Positions 25,101-38,600 of a stretch of DNA of 64,000 nucleotides are shown in pieces. Position 1 is the stretch's first letter. The number at the start of each line of letters is the position of its first letter. This DNA is from Podarcis bocagei. Taxonomy: Eukaryota. The stretch lies in the NCBI GenBank assembly GCA_964188305.1, contig OZ076895.1; one strand, given 5' to 3'. Both the position numbers and the translations under genes were made by a program. The notes under the pieces are model-generated. The model saw nothing but the letters and a program-made list of their open reading frames with translations. It was not told the DNA's origin and did not search any database.

Positions 25101-28100
25101 CGGGGATTCGAACCACCAACCTTCTGATTGGCAAGCCCTAGGCCCTGTGGTTTAACCCACAGTGCCACCCGCGCCCCATTATTATTAGGTATATACTTTC
25201 ATAATTCTTACACCTCCAAATGTTACTATGAACTAAAAATAAGCCAAAGGAGACAGCTCATAAAAGGCTTACCTAAAAACAGGAGCCTCATCATTTTCAT
25301 TCTGGATACTGATAGTTATGGTTCCAGTACATGACCCAGGGCTTGATTTTTCTTTCTCTTTGGCAGCAACCACCATCCGGAAATGCTAAAATCAACGACA
25401 TTCATAAATCCTTAGTATTCTGCATTTTACATCATTTGTTCCAATCTTTTGTCTTCCAGGTTAGGAAAAGCAGGCAGCTGGATACCTGAATACACATTGT
25501 ACAAGTGTGATGTAGGGGATAGACAAACTATTGAAGTTGAGCTGGCCAGAACTGGATACAGATCCCTGATTAGCAGATGTGAAAATCACAAAGTGACCTT
25601 TAGCTGATCAGACGTTTCAAGATTTCTGCTGCTCTCTTGTTGAGAGACTGGTGCTGGATCACATATACCCTGCTTGGAGTTCATGGGAAGAATAGGTAAT
25701 ATGCAAATGCTATGAACAGTTGATGTGGAATGAACGAATTTCCCTATTTCTGCAGGAAATGTATGGGTTGGATCCAGAAATCCCCATCCGTGATTAGAAA
25801 GACTCCTCCTACTAGCAGAATGGAGTTTGAGCCAGCACAGGCTCCCCCTGGGGAGGTGAATTTTACCAGTTCCCCTTCCTACTTTCCCAATGGCACCTCC
25901 TACATTGTTCCAGAGGGGATTTCAGGAGGACGTAGAAACAATCATTTTGTTTTTATTTTGATTATGTATTCTGTGTTTTTATCTTGTGATTTTATCTTGT
26001 GAACCGCCCTGAGACCTATGGGTATAGGGCAGGACACAAATGTAATATATCACCATCATCATCAGTGAGAACCACCTCATTTCTCAGCCCATGAGAGAAG
26101 TTCTGCTCACGTGAACCAAACCTTTGGGTTCTACTCCAATTGTTTCAAGGTAAAGCTTTGAGCTTTTTTCGTGATGCCTTCACAAAAAAGGGCATCCACC
26201 AGCACATTAAGCTGAATGCAGATTTTTATCACTTAGTCCGGGCATCCCCAAACTCAGCCCTCCAGATGTTTTGGCACTACAACTCCCATGATCCCTCGCT
26301 AACAGGACCAGTGGTCAGGGATGATGGGAGTTGTAGTCCCAAAACATCTGGAGGGCCAAGTTTGGGGGTGCCTGACTCAATAAAACTCCTGTTTGGGCTG
26401 CTGGTGCAGGACTACAAAGACGGCAAGGGGAGCTGTCCAGCCGGTGGCCAACCACAGCATGTGGCTAGTCCATTGTGTGACTTGTCCATTGTGCTTGCTT
26501 CCATTCACAAGTTGTGCAAGACAATGCTAGGTGATATTCTTCTGGTTCTTTAGGAGCATAGGAAGAGCCCTTATACCAGGCATTCCCAAATATGCTCCAT
26601 GGACCACCAATGGCTCATGAGTTTCATTCAGGTGGTCTGTGGCATGTCTGCATTAAATATTCATATTGATCCTTCATTGTATTTTTATGGCGACTTTTAT
26701 TTCTGGCATTATATCTTATTGTATTGCAACTTGAATTCCATACACATTAAACTGTAATAAAATAAAATACATTATAATAAATAAAAGCAATAAAATTAAA
26801 ATTAAAAATCATACAGCATCTAATGAAATTACTACAACAGGCAGAAAAATCAGTAAGTGGTCTGCCTCAGCAATTTTCCGGTGATCCATGGGGGACAGGT
26901 TTTGGGAACCATTGCCTTATACAAATCAGACTCATACCGCATCTGTCTCAATAGTAATTACACAGCCCACCAGCAGTGACCCAATGCTTCAGACTGATCT
27001 TTCCCAGCCCTTTCTGGGGATGCCAAGGATTGGATTAGAATGCACGGATAGGCAGGCAGGCAGATGATACTGTACAATTCATTTGGGGGCAAAAGCTAAA
27101 ATGGTGAAAAACACACCACCTTAGAACAAACATCAGTTCTGAGCGTTATCAACGGATCTGTAGCTGGGTAACATTACTTTAGGGTCTGCTTCATAATCCA
27201 GAGCTGCTTCAGCTTTTCGATAAATCCCACCGTTTGCTGAATCCAGTGCAAAATAAGTTGTGGTGTTGGCTGAAGAAGAGATAATAGAAAACTGAGGAAG
27301 AAAGGGGGGGAACAGTTAAAAGGTAGAAAAGGACAAAGTAGCTTTGCGTGCTTTTTGTGTGAAGTTTTAAAGAGCACTCTGAAAAGAACACACTGCAAAT
27401 TAACATTAATCTAATGAGCACAGTTTATATAAACTAAGCCTTTCCACTCATCCAATTCCAAACATCAGATGAACTTCATGAGGGTTGTTAAGTCCTCAGT
27501 TGTAAGTTTCTAAATTATTTCTTTATATTATCATATTCATTTTTAATAATGGGCTTTATGTGCATAAGTCATAATATTTTTATGGCTCCCTAAATCCTCA
27601 GATTTATTAATAAGGAGAAAATCTGGATCATATTTGTGCCCTCTACCGTTTGAAATTAAATGCCACTAGATGAAATCTGTTCCCCAGATTTTGAGGGGAT
27701 GAGAGTTACTACACAGCAGGGTCATCATGGTTAGATGTCGCTGGTCCACAGAACAGAGAAAACCTGGCATGCCTCTTGGCTGTTATGGAACAACCATTGA
27801 GTGTTTGCTCTGAAATGGAAAGCGGATGTAATTATACGCAGATGGGGGACCCATGTTTATAGTAGTTTCACCTTTGTCGACTGCAGGACTAAAATTTCAG
27901 GAGCAGTCAAATGATTATATAACCCATACCACCTGGCATTTGTCTCCCCTCACCATGCACAGGGTTCATGAGTCTGCTAGCAGAGAACGTTCTTTGTCAG
28001 TGTGAAGAGATCAGGCTTTGATATAGACCTTGATATAAAACTGGACCAGAAATTATCTCACTGCTGCCTGATTCATATAGTACATTTGCAGCATTGGTTT

Positions 28101-31100
28101 GTGGAATTAGGGAAACGAATAAGACATCTGAACAGTTTCCACTGCAGCAACATGGATTACCCATTTTTTTTGGGGGGGGAGAGGATTGGAGGTGGATTTG
28201 GGATTTTAGACAGGAAGAGCCCCCCATGGAATTTGGGGGGACCAAGCAACTCATATACAAAGTTCAATTTGTATCCCCTGAGTTTCCCATTGTACCACAC
28301 AGACATGCTTTAATGACACTTGGGTGGAATCTAGACACACATAAAAAACCCCACTGTGAAAATGCCTTTTTTTAAAGTGTTTTGAAAACTATATTGGATT
28401 TGCCATGAGCTCACCATCTCCATCTAGTGTCACATTTGTATAATGCACTTAAAACACACTTAAAATGTTATATTTGCATCTCTATAGCCGAGCCCTTGGT
28501 TTTGGTTTGTGCCAAAGTTCCCATAGTTTAAGATTCAACATTAATTTAAAAGCTAAAAAGCTAGAAACTAAAATTAAAAAACCAACAGCTGTGCAGTTCC
28601 CAGCAGCACTTCACAGCAGTGCTAAAGTACATTTGATGCCCTCGCCTCCTGCAACGGAGCCGAGACTCATTAAGGTTTTCCTATTATCTTTTATTGAGAG
28701 AAAGCTTTGGTACATCAGCCCCTTGAGGCATTCCAGGCATTACGCAAAGATTAGTCCCTATTCTGAAGTGTGTAGTAAAGAACAGGGGCTAATCAGTGTG
28801 CATTCCTAATCACCTCTTTTACTACTCTGATTACCAGGCTGTGGAGAGCAGGATGAAAGAGTTCAATCCTGATGGGTCCTGCTTCACCAATGTCTTCACT
28901 GTAGGAAACATGCTGACAAGGCAGAACCCTCCTGCCACCGCCCCAGCTTTGACATCTGGTGTCTGGAGGGGGTGTAAAGATGTGGTCCAGCTGGCCAAAA
29001 GGGCTCCCCCCCCTGTGTAAGGGGGGATGGACTAATGTTAAATATCTAGAAAGCCCTTGCAAACTCTCCTGTGTTCAATACACAACTTAATTTTGTACAG
29101 TCAGGATACATTGTCCAGACTGCAGTTTAGACTCACAAAGCATATTTGAAACACAAATACAAAAGTTGTTAATCACACCAGGTATTTCAGTTCTCAAGAG
29201 AGGCTTTAATTGGCTAGTCAGAGAATTTTATTCCTTTCCATTTTCAGGGCTTCTAAAGGAAGTATTTGCAAGAGAAGGAAGAGCACTTGAACAATCCTCC
29301 TTCAATTTTGTTTGCTGTTGAGTACTAATGGTTATGCTTATGTAATTAGTTGCAAAATGCAATTTCAGTAGAATCGCTGAAATCACTTCTTTTCCTTCTG
29401 TTTGCAAAGCCAGAACTACTCTCCTCCCTCCCAAAATGCATACTTTTAGTTGTTTGAAACAAAAAGAGAGTGCCAAGGCATACTTGTGGTGCAAAAACAA
29501 TGGCTAGGATGTTTATCTTACTCCAACGCATAATTTGTTCCCTATCCTTTTACCCTCTCTTTCAAACACCCTTGACCTTCATGTGATAAAATATTGTGTT
29601 CTTAAAACAAATCAGCTTGTGAGAGAAGAGCTAAACAAATCCATTATCTCAGAATAAACAGTTAATTGCCAAACAAGAGGGCTTAATATGGCATATTATC
29701 CTATAGTGATGGATGGATGACAATGTCTTTCTATTCAGCTGATACTTTATATCTCAGAATTAGGCTTCTTACAGCCAATAGCAATGGAAAACCTGAGCAT
29801 GTGAACACGAGCATATAGTCTGACTATAATCAGCATTTCTCTCTCCTTTTCTTGGTGGTGATGTGGCACTAGAAAGTCCTCAATCATAAGCAATATGCTT
29901 CAGCAAGGGATCCATGAAGTCTATTGTTTTGCAGCTTGTCTGCTAAGGTCCCGTGCCCTAAATCACAACACAGAAAGGGGGGATGGGCTGTAAAAGTGAA
30001 TTGGGGTTGCTGCTTTATCAGTGCAGGTGGAACTAAGGAAGAACGTTAGGAAAGCAGGCAGGAAGAATGACGCAGTGACACAGAGGAGAACGGCAATCGG
30101 AAGATTCAGAACACCAACAGAAGGAGCGCAGAAGGAGCACAGAAGGTGGGAGGTTCAGCAGACTGGTTTCATAAAAATAGCTTTAGCTAATTACAGTGGT
30201 GCCTCGCAAGACGAAAAGAATTCGTTCCGCGAGTCTTTTCGTCTTGCGATGTTTTTCGTCTTGCGAAGCACGGTCCGTCGCAACTGCGCCTCTTCAAGCG
30301 GCTTTAAAAAAAAAGTGCAAGACGTTTTCGTCTTGCGAAGCAAGCCCATAGGGAAATTCGTCTAGCGAAGCAACGCAAAACTGAAAAACCCTTTCGTCTA
30401 GCGAGTTTTTCGTCTTGCGAGGCATTCGTCTTGCGGGGCACCACTGTATTGACTCAGGCATTATTAGTAGCAAGCATTATTTGCAAAATCTCCACAAGTG
30501 CCCCAAAGCCCCATTTTGAATATGGGCAAATATTACCCTACAAGCCACTGGCGTGTTGTGTTGTGTTCTCTTATGAGACTCACAGCTTGTGCTTAGGGTG
30601 GCTTTTGTTCCCAAGGTCTTTCAATGATGTTTGGGAAATCGGTCCTTAGTCAGATAATAGTCCCATATATTAATATGGGGACGCGGGTGGCGCTGTGGGT
30701 AAAACCTCAGCGCCTAGGACTTGCCGATCGCATGGTCGGCGGTTTGAATCCCCGCGGCAGGGTGAGCTCCTGTTGTTCGGTCCCAGCTCCTGCCAACCTA
30801 GCAGTTCGAAAGCACCCTTTAGTGCAAGTAGATAAATAGGTACCGCTTTATAGCGGGAAGGTAAACAGCGTTTCCGTGCGCTGCGCTGGTGCAGGCTTGC
30901 CAGAGCAGCTTTGTCACGCTGGCCACGTGACCCGGAAGTGTCTCCGGACAGCGCTGGCCCCCGGCCTCTTAAGCGAGATGGGCGCGCAACCCCAGAGTCG
31001 GTCACGACTGGCCCGTACGGGCAGGGGTACCTTTACCTTTATATTAATATGAGGGTAGGTATAGGGTCTTGTTTTACAGGTGAAATCTCTCTTTTTGAAG

Positions 31101-34100
31101 GGCTCTCAGAGGTTAGTCTTCTGCTAGAGGACTACTTCAAATAAAAGGACTCTCCTGCCTACATCCAGTGTGTTGTAATGGTTATAGTACGAGACTAGGA
31201 CCTGGGGGACTCAGCCATGAAGCTCACCCTGGGCCAGTCACCATCTCTCAGCAAAACCCACAGTACAGCATTGTTGTGAGGATAAAATGGGGAGAATCAT
31301 GTGTGCCACCTTGAACATACTAAATATACCACTGAGGAGAATACCACTGAGGAGAATACACTGAGGAGAATACTCATAATAAATAATTGAAGCAGCTTCA
31401 AATGCCCAGAAGGCCACATAAAAAGTAAGAATGGCTATTTGGAGTAACAGTATAACAAAACAAAAACCACCTGCATTTTAATGGGAATGTCTTAGAGTAA
31501 AAGGCTGCAAACCACCTTACTTGGCCCAGGAATATTCCCTATTCCTCATGTCCTGCATGCAAACTTCCAGAGGCATCTTGCTAGTTACTGCTGGAAAGAA
31601 AAGTTCTGGGCTACATGGACTGTTGGTCCAATCCAATACAGCTTTTCTTAGGACCAGTTCTTCTTTAACCCAAACCAAATGTTTGAAAAACTCAAGAAAA
31701 ACTTTGAGACCGCTTCAAAAAATCCATGATTTTTGGGAAGTATTACTTTACCAGGGCTGCAATCATATACTCACTTATTTGTGACAAGGGATGGGCAAAT
31801 ATGACAATTTAAGTTTCTTGTTTCCCCAAATTTCTAAATCAGTTTGCAGTTAAAAAAAAAAAGTTGTGAAAATTCACCAGCATTTTACAGTGAATTTATC
31901 CTAATATACACTTTTCTCCATGCAATGTCGCCTAATTTACACAGTTTTGCAAATAATGTTCCTTAATATAATGCATGTTGTATGTTGTTTTCATTAACAT
32001 ATGCATTTATCGGAAGATTTTACCATAGTACATGCACTTTTGTACACATGACTTGGCTGGAAAACTACAGTGCAAAATTCAGAGAAGTGCAAATTTCAAA
32101 GGTTAGCTGCATTTTGGTTCACAGGTTGCTTTGGAAAATGCTGATTTGGCAAGTTCACCTTTAAATGTGAAGTGAATAGAATTTCACACATCCTCACCTG
32201 AGAGAAACCCCATTAAAGCCAACAAGACTTACTTGTGAATAGTCATGTGCTGAACTTGGAAATTCCTTAAGCAAGAGGGGGGAAATTGCAATCTCAGGTT
32301 CTGCATTATGAACCCAGATATATAAAGTTGCATTTGTAGGGTACTGAGAACTTAGTAGAGGCAAGTTCCTACTGTGGCATACTCCATTCACTGACTAAAA
32401 CATTTCTGGAACACCCCTTGTCCACATACTTCAATTTCTTCGCCTGGGTCCGGATCTCTTGCCAGAACTGTGTAGACAGCTGGGGCAGCTGGAAATGTTT
32501 CAGGAACTGATACAGAAATGCCTGGGCAATAAGAATAACAAACCAGACCCATTAAAATAAGTCAGGCAAACAGAATTTATGTAACAACCATAAATGGTTT
32601 ATTTGAATGTAGAAATCGTCTATACCCATTTGCAATGGGGGAGCGGGAAAAACATAGATTCCTTGCAAATAATAGGCCCAGTCTAAGGCTCTGCTGTCCT
32701 TGTGTAGGTCAATAGCAGGTGAGCATCCCACTGACATAATAATAAATAAGGAATGTAGAAGCTCTAACTGAAAGGAAAATTGAGCAGAGCTAGGCTATTC
32801 TCTAGTGAGACCAAGCTAAATCTCATTGTGAAGCCAGAACTTTAGCACTAAAATTCTACCTCACAAGATTTCCCAGCTAGCCAAGAAAAACAGATGTTTG
32901 TACACAGAGCAAGGCTTCAGCATTTTTGCACCCCAGGCAAAATAAAACGCTACTCCTGACCTCCCACCTATACTAGGCCATGAAATGTCCTCTTCTTGGC
33001 GGTGATAGTTTAGCATCTTTATGGCTGCATTCAGAAATGAGGTTTATTACATTAGTTTCACTGACTATAAAGGCAGTCCTTTGGTCCCAATTTCTAACAT
33101 TCTTTTCACACCACAGTGTCTGTTGCATTATGGAATTATGGCTTTTTGAATGATATACCAGCATGTGGCCCTAAATTTCATTTACACCAATAGAGTGTTG
33201 TGACACAGCAACGAATGTCATTGGACAAGTCACTACCCCCCTTACCCATTCCTTACATCTGCCTTTCTCTGCCCCCCATGATTCACCCATAAAAGAGCTA
33301 TATGCCCATACACCATGTACCCAAATCCCATCTCTTCCACAATTTTCTGGGTTAATGGGTTTGGAAATATTTTTTTTCTAGAAGGAATTAAGGCAGAAAG
33401 GAATGCTGAACTTTCACTAGATTTGCTTTTATGTTGTGTGAAAATGGAATAATAGGCTATCTGAATGCAGCCTATGTTGGATCACTACAGTCTCTGCTAT
33501 AACTAACCACTGTCCTCTCAATTGCTGATGAACTTCCCACTTCATATCATTTCTCTCTTTTTGTACAATTAGCTGAATGTTTCCACTGTGCTCAAAGACA
33601 GCATTAATGCCAAAAAGCCCACCTTCTAATGTCAGTCGGATGAATGCAGAGCTAAAGTACGTGTAAATCTACTAATTTTTTCCACAATATGTAATGTTCA
33701 AATTACCCATGTTAGTTTACATACTTTTAAGTCCCACTGTAGTCAAAGAAGATTCAAAGAGTTTAACTTTGCCCATTGAGAACTGATTTTCAATGACTTT
33801 GAGCTAATAGACGCAGTCAACATCAACTTGCCTGTTCCTGTAGAAAAACTTGGATCACACACTGGTTGGTCATTCACATCTTCTACAAATATAATTAGTG
33901 TGTAAGAGGCAGTGTGAATGTTTCCATCGTCCCTTGCCTCAATTTCCAGTGGGTAAACTCTGACATGTTTAGTACTGACTGAATCCAAAGGCTCTAAAAC
34001 AGTAATTGTGCCTCTTTCTGATTGTGGGGGGGAAAGAAACAGAAATGAGGAAATTGTGATGGATAGATCATACTGAATGTCACTCTGAAATGTTCCTACA

Positions 34101-35550
34101 AGAACAGAGAGTACGGTGCAATAGACTAAGTCCTACCACTTGCAACCTTTAAGGTAATTTATTGGGCCAAAAGGGACTAGTTCATTGTGTGCTCGAGGTA
34201 CTACACATAGTGGGACCGTAGATGATTGCACAGTGCAGTGGCAGACATAGAAGCAAGCTGCATCAGGATCACCTGAACTGGTTGTATGAATCATCGAGGC
34301 ACAAAGAAGTACGGTAGAAGATACTTTATAGGGAGATTTTGTGTGAATAAAAATTCTAGAAAGGGACGCTGAGGAAATTAAACCATTTCACAATTCTTAT
34401 GAGGCCTATGCTGAAAATGTGCAAAGATATCACTTACTTTGGTCCAAGCCAAACAGTGCCTGTGGCTTTATGAATGCATAGGTAATGTTGCTGTTCTCAT
34501 CTCGATCCACCGCTTTCACTGTGGCAATAATACTTCCCACCGGCACGTTTTCGGTCACATTCACAGAATCTGAAGGAAGGGGTCTAAATGCAGTGGCAAA
34601 CATGAAAGTAAGATATATTTACTGGTGAAGCTGCGATCTTGTGATTTCTTATGCTTCATTCAAAAACCTATGGCCCCATCATGTGCAACACCGGCAAGTA
34701 AATGCTCACAATACAGCAAAATGCCCTTCTGCACATTACAAAGCAGCAAACCCAAATATATCACTAATTGCCCAGTTATTGGGAATCTTCAGCCAATCCC
34801 AACTCCCTGATGTGTGCATCCTTATTATTAACATTGGGTTGTTGTTCTTGTTACTATTTTTACTATTAATAATATATTAACAGCCCTTCACCCTAAAATT
34901 ACAATTTTTTAAAAAAATGCAGTCACCTAGAATAGGGTGGGTTCTGAAACGATACATCTCAGGAATCAGGAATACAAAGATTTGCATCCTCAGCATTCAC
35001 TGAAAACTGTTCAATGAAGTGGGAAGACGGATCTCTGTGGGGAGGGAATTCCATGGTTGTGGGCTATACTGCCTTAAACTGAAAATGGAGACACATCTAA
35101 AACCTCCATTTAACAAAACCAATTTTTAGTCTTATTTTAGTCAAATGTCATCAAGCTTTGAGTAAAAGCCAAGACCATATAAGTCACAAGAGCATATTAT
35201 CTTTCAAGTGTTTATAAACATTTCTGTATTCAAGCAAACTTGGATAAAACAGTCCTTTTTTTGTTTTATTCCTTGATAAAAAGAAGCACATTTCTTACTC
35301 AAATTCAGGTTTTTCATCATTTAAGTCTTGAATATTCACGGTTAATGTTCCTTGACAGAAGTTTCCTGTTGTATCTGTGGCTCTCATCAGGAACAGAAAT
35401 TTCTAGGAGAAAATATTGGTGGAACAGAACATCCCATTTATTACAGCCATAATTAAATAACCATCTAAAATTTTAAAAAATAACTGTCTAAAATTTACAA
35501 TTATGAATATAGGACATTCATAGGAACAGCTATAGTGGAGTAAATCAATC

Positions 35551-35608
<58 letters not shown>

Positions 35609-38600
35609 TACAAAGAAGGGCGACATTTTGGTTTGTCACTTAATTCAAAATGGTGGCTGGTGTTCAAATATTGATGAAGACCGCTGCCCCCACCTCAGGA
35701 ACCCAAGAGGCATATCTAAACCCATAGAGAACAGATGGACAATCAAACCACTTTCAGAAATATATAGTAGATGTGCATATTTATATACTTCCCTTCATCT
35801 TATGGTCACAGGGCAAGAATCCAACAAGTACAAACTTAATACTAAATATACTAAATATTTTATTCTTATTATTACTTAACTGATTTCTGAGCTATCTTTT
35901 ATAGTGAATACATTTCACCCTTTGGGGAAATTCCAGTTTCTCTTCTGGTTTCACTCTATGTGAAATTTGGTGACAGGTCTAACTGAGCAATCTAACATCA
36001 GCATTTCATGGAGGAGCATTTTAAAAACAGCAACAGTTGTGTATGGGATATATCCTGCACAGAGTAAACCTACTAAAATCAGTGGACACCTTTAACTTCA
36101 GTCCCATGGGTGGTATCCAACAAAGTCATCTGGATATCACAAAGACTTCCACCAGCACAACAGGACTTCCTCTCCCTCTCCTCTCCTCATGGTTCCACCA
36201 ACTCTCCAGGGCATCTATGGGAGAGGGACATGGGGAGAAGAAGTTCCATTGCACAACCAGAAGTCCTTGGGCTAACATGGTGACCTCATTAGATACAACT
36301 CATTGATTTAGTGGGTCTACTCTAAACCAAACCAGATGCAACCATTTGTTCTCCTGGTGAAGGTGAGGCATGGTCGAGATTTTTGGCCACAACACATGCA
36401 TAAGGTAGCAATCCTGGCACATCTAGTCATTCTATGCTAGCTAACCTTACATACACGACCCCTTTCCTCTCCCCCACCCTGAGTTAGACCACAGATTCAT
36501 TTATTTTCAAAGAAATCCTTTTCCTGCCACCCTTCAGCATTGCACAGTATTACATCGCAGTGACTCATCATTATTACATGATATCCTTGATCATAGTCCA
36601 GGGGCTGGTTTGCATTCCGTCTCAAAACACCAGTATATAGATCCAGGTCAAAAAACTCTCCCCCTTCCTTGGGTGCAGACAATGTTCTCTCCACAGTGAA
36701 CTGCAAAACAGCATACCTATCATTTGCATGGTGTAGACATATCATAGGTACAGCTGAGATTCAGAAACAAATACAGTGGTGCCCCGCAAGACGAATGCCT
36801 CGCAAGACGGAAAACCCGCTAGACGAAAGGGTTTTCCATTTTTGAGCTGCTTTGCAAGATGATTTTCCCTATGGGCTTGCTTTGCAAGACAAAAACGTCT
36901 TGCGAGTGTTCCGATTTCTTTCGCTTCCCCCCCCTTTTTCTAAGCCGCTAAGCCGCTAATAGCCTTTTAGCCGCTAATCCGCTAAGCCTTTAATAGCCGC
37001 TAAGCCTTTAATAGCCGCTAAACCGCTAATAGCACTAATCCGCTAAGCCCCTAATAGGGTTGCTTCGCAAGACGAAGAAACCGCTAGACGAAGAGACTCG
37101 CGGAACGGATTAATTTCGTCTTGCGAGGCACCACTGTAATTCAAAAGAGGAGCAAAGGTGTAGAAATTGCAGCAAGAAGGGACCTTTTGGTGACATAGCC
37201 AGCAAAATGCAGTCCCTCCCCAAAGAGGAAACTGGGCGCCGTTTTTCCCCTGAAAACCTAGTAGCAGCACTTCAGCTTTTTAAAACAACATCTATGGAAT
37301 GTACTCTACTACAACAGGAAAAAGAGAACTATGTACCGTTAAATGATCACCATTTACAAGATCCTCATCTACTGCTTCCATTCTGTAGATTGACGTAAAT
37401 ACTGGCGAGTTTTCATTAACAATTACATTAGCTGTGAAGCAAATAAATAAACAAAAACTAAAATGTGCTTTTACAAGTAGTTTACCTCAGAATACTGATA
37501 CCAACAGCAAGGCTTTGCTGGTGAGATGCTAGAGGCATGGGATTGGCTGATTGTTAGGAGTTACTGCACCATGTGCAGAAGCCCCATGTGATGAAGTATG
37601 GAACTACTGGTGGAAACTTCTCAGTGAAGAACCTTCTGGTCTGAAATGACTTTGCCTACTCAGGGTGGCCATTGGATCTTCCTAGAAAGGAAGGAGTATA
37701 ACAGGATTGGGGGAACTTTGGCATCTCCACATGTTGCTGATCTACAACTCCCATCAGCCTCAGCAAGCATGGCCAGTGCCCAAGGATGGTGGGGATTATA
37801 ATTCAGTAACATCTGGAGGATCCAAGGTTCCCCACCCCTGGAGTATAAGAATACTTCCTGTTCCAGTAGAGCATTGCTTGAGCAATGTGGCAGCTCTAAT
37901 GTGTTCTTGTATCCTTGGCTGGTGTTTTGCTCTACCCTTCTCTTTTTCCTCTGGTCTAGAACGAGCTTCTCCCACAATTTCTGGTTCCCAACTCCAGGGT
38001 CACCTCAGACTGCTGCTCACAGCTCAGAACCAGTACTAACTTTGCAAGTGGGGGACTGGAATAGATGGAGCTAGCATTGTTAAGATTAGCACTTTATGCA
38101 TTCATTTATGGTTGGGGTTTGTTGGGGAACTGAATGAAATTTTTTATTTTTCTGTTATATTTAGTACTGTACTGTATTGGATCAAATTTAGTATTTCTCA
38201 CCTGTTCCTAAAACAAACTCAGGGTCTGTACAGTTGGGTTTTTCAGGAACATCATGAATGTTGATGATGAGAAGTTTCCTTTTTGCGAGAAGGCCCGACT
38301 TAATGAGCAGCTCATAATGTTTGTCATCTCTTTCAAAATTAAATACTTTCTTGTTTTTAATGATGCCTGAAACTTAGAAGAGAGATAGCTGCTTTACAGT
38401 TTACCACTGTTGTTTTGTCTTTAGATTAAAAAATACACGGACCAATAAACCAGAGCATTTGGAGTGTGGGCAAGCACATTTTATATATCAATTTGTATCA
38501 AGTGCATGCGCTGTTGTGTGGGAACCTCTGTAGTTGCAACATTAATGGCTACTGTTGTGAATTCAATGATTCTAGCTACACCTAGCTAGTAGCTACACCT

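Noticed and set aside
30678-30760. tRNA gene
   Set aside because: tRNA-derived head of a Sauria SINE; the same applies to the other three copies
36941-37052. Short repeated units resembling a CRISPR-like array
   Set aside because: Degenerate 8-bp tandem repeat inside a MITE, with no unique spacers, in a eukaryotic context
37486-37681. Exon-like segment in cadherin intron 3
   Set aside because: Stop codon in the required phase; exon 3 joins exon 4 cleanly without it
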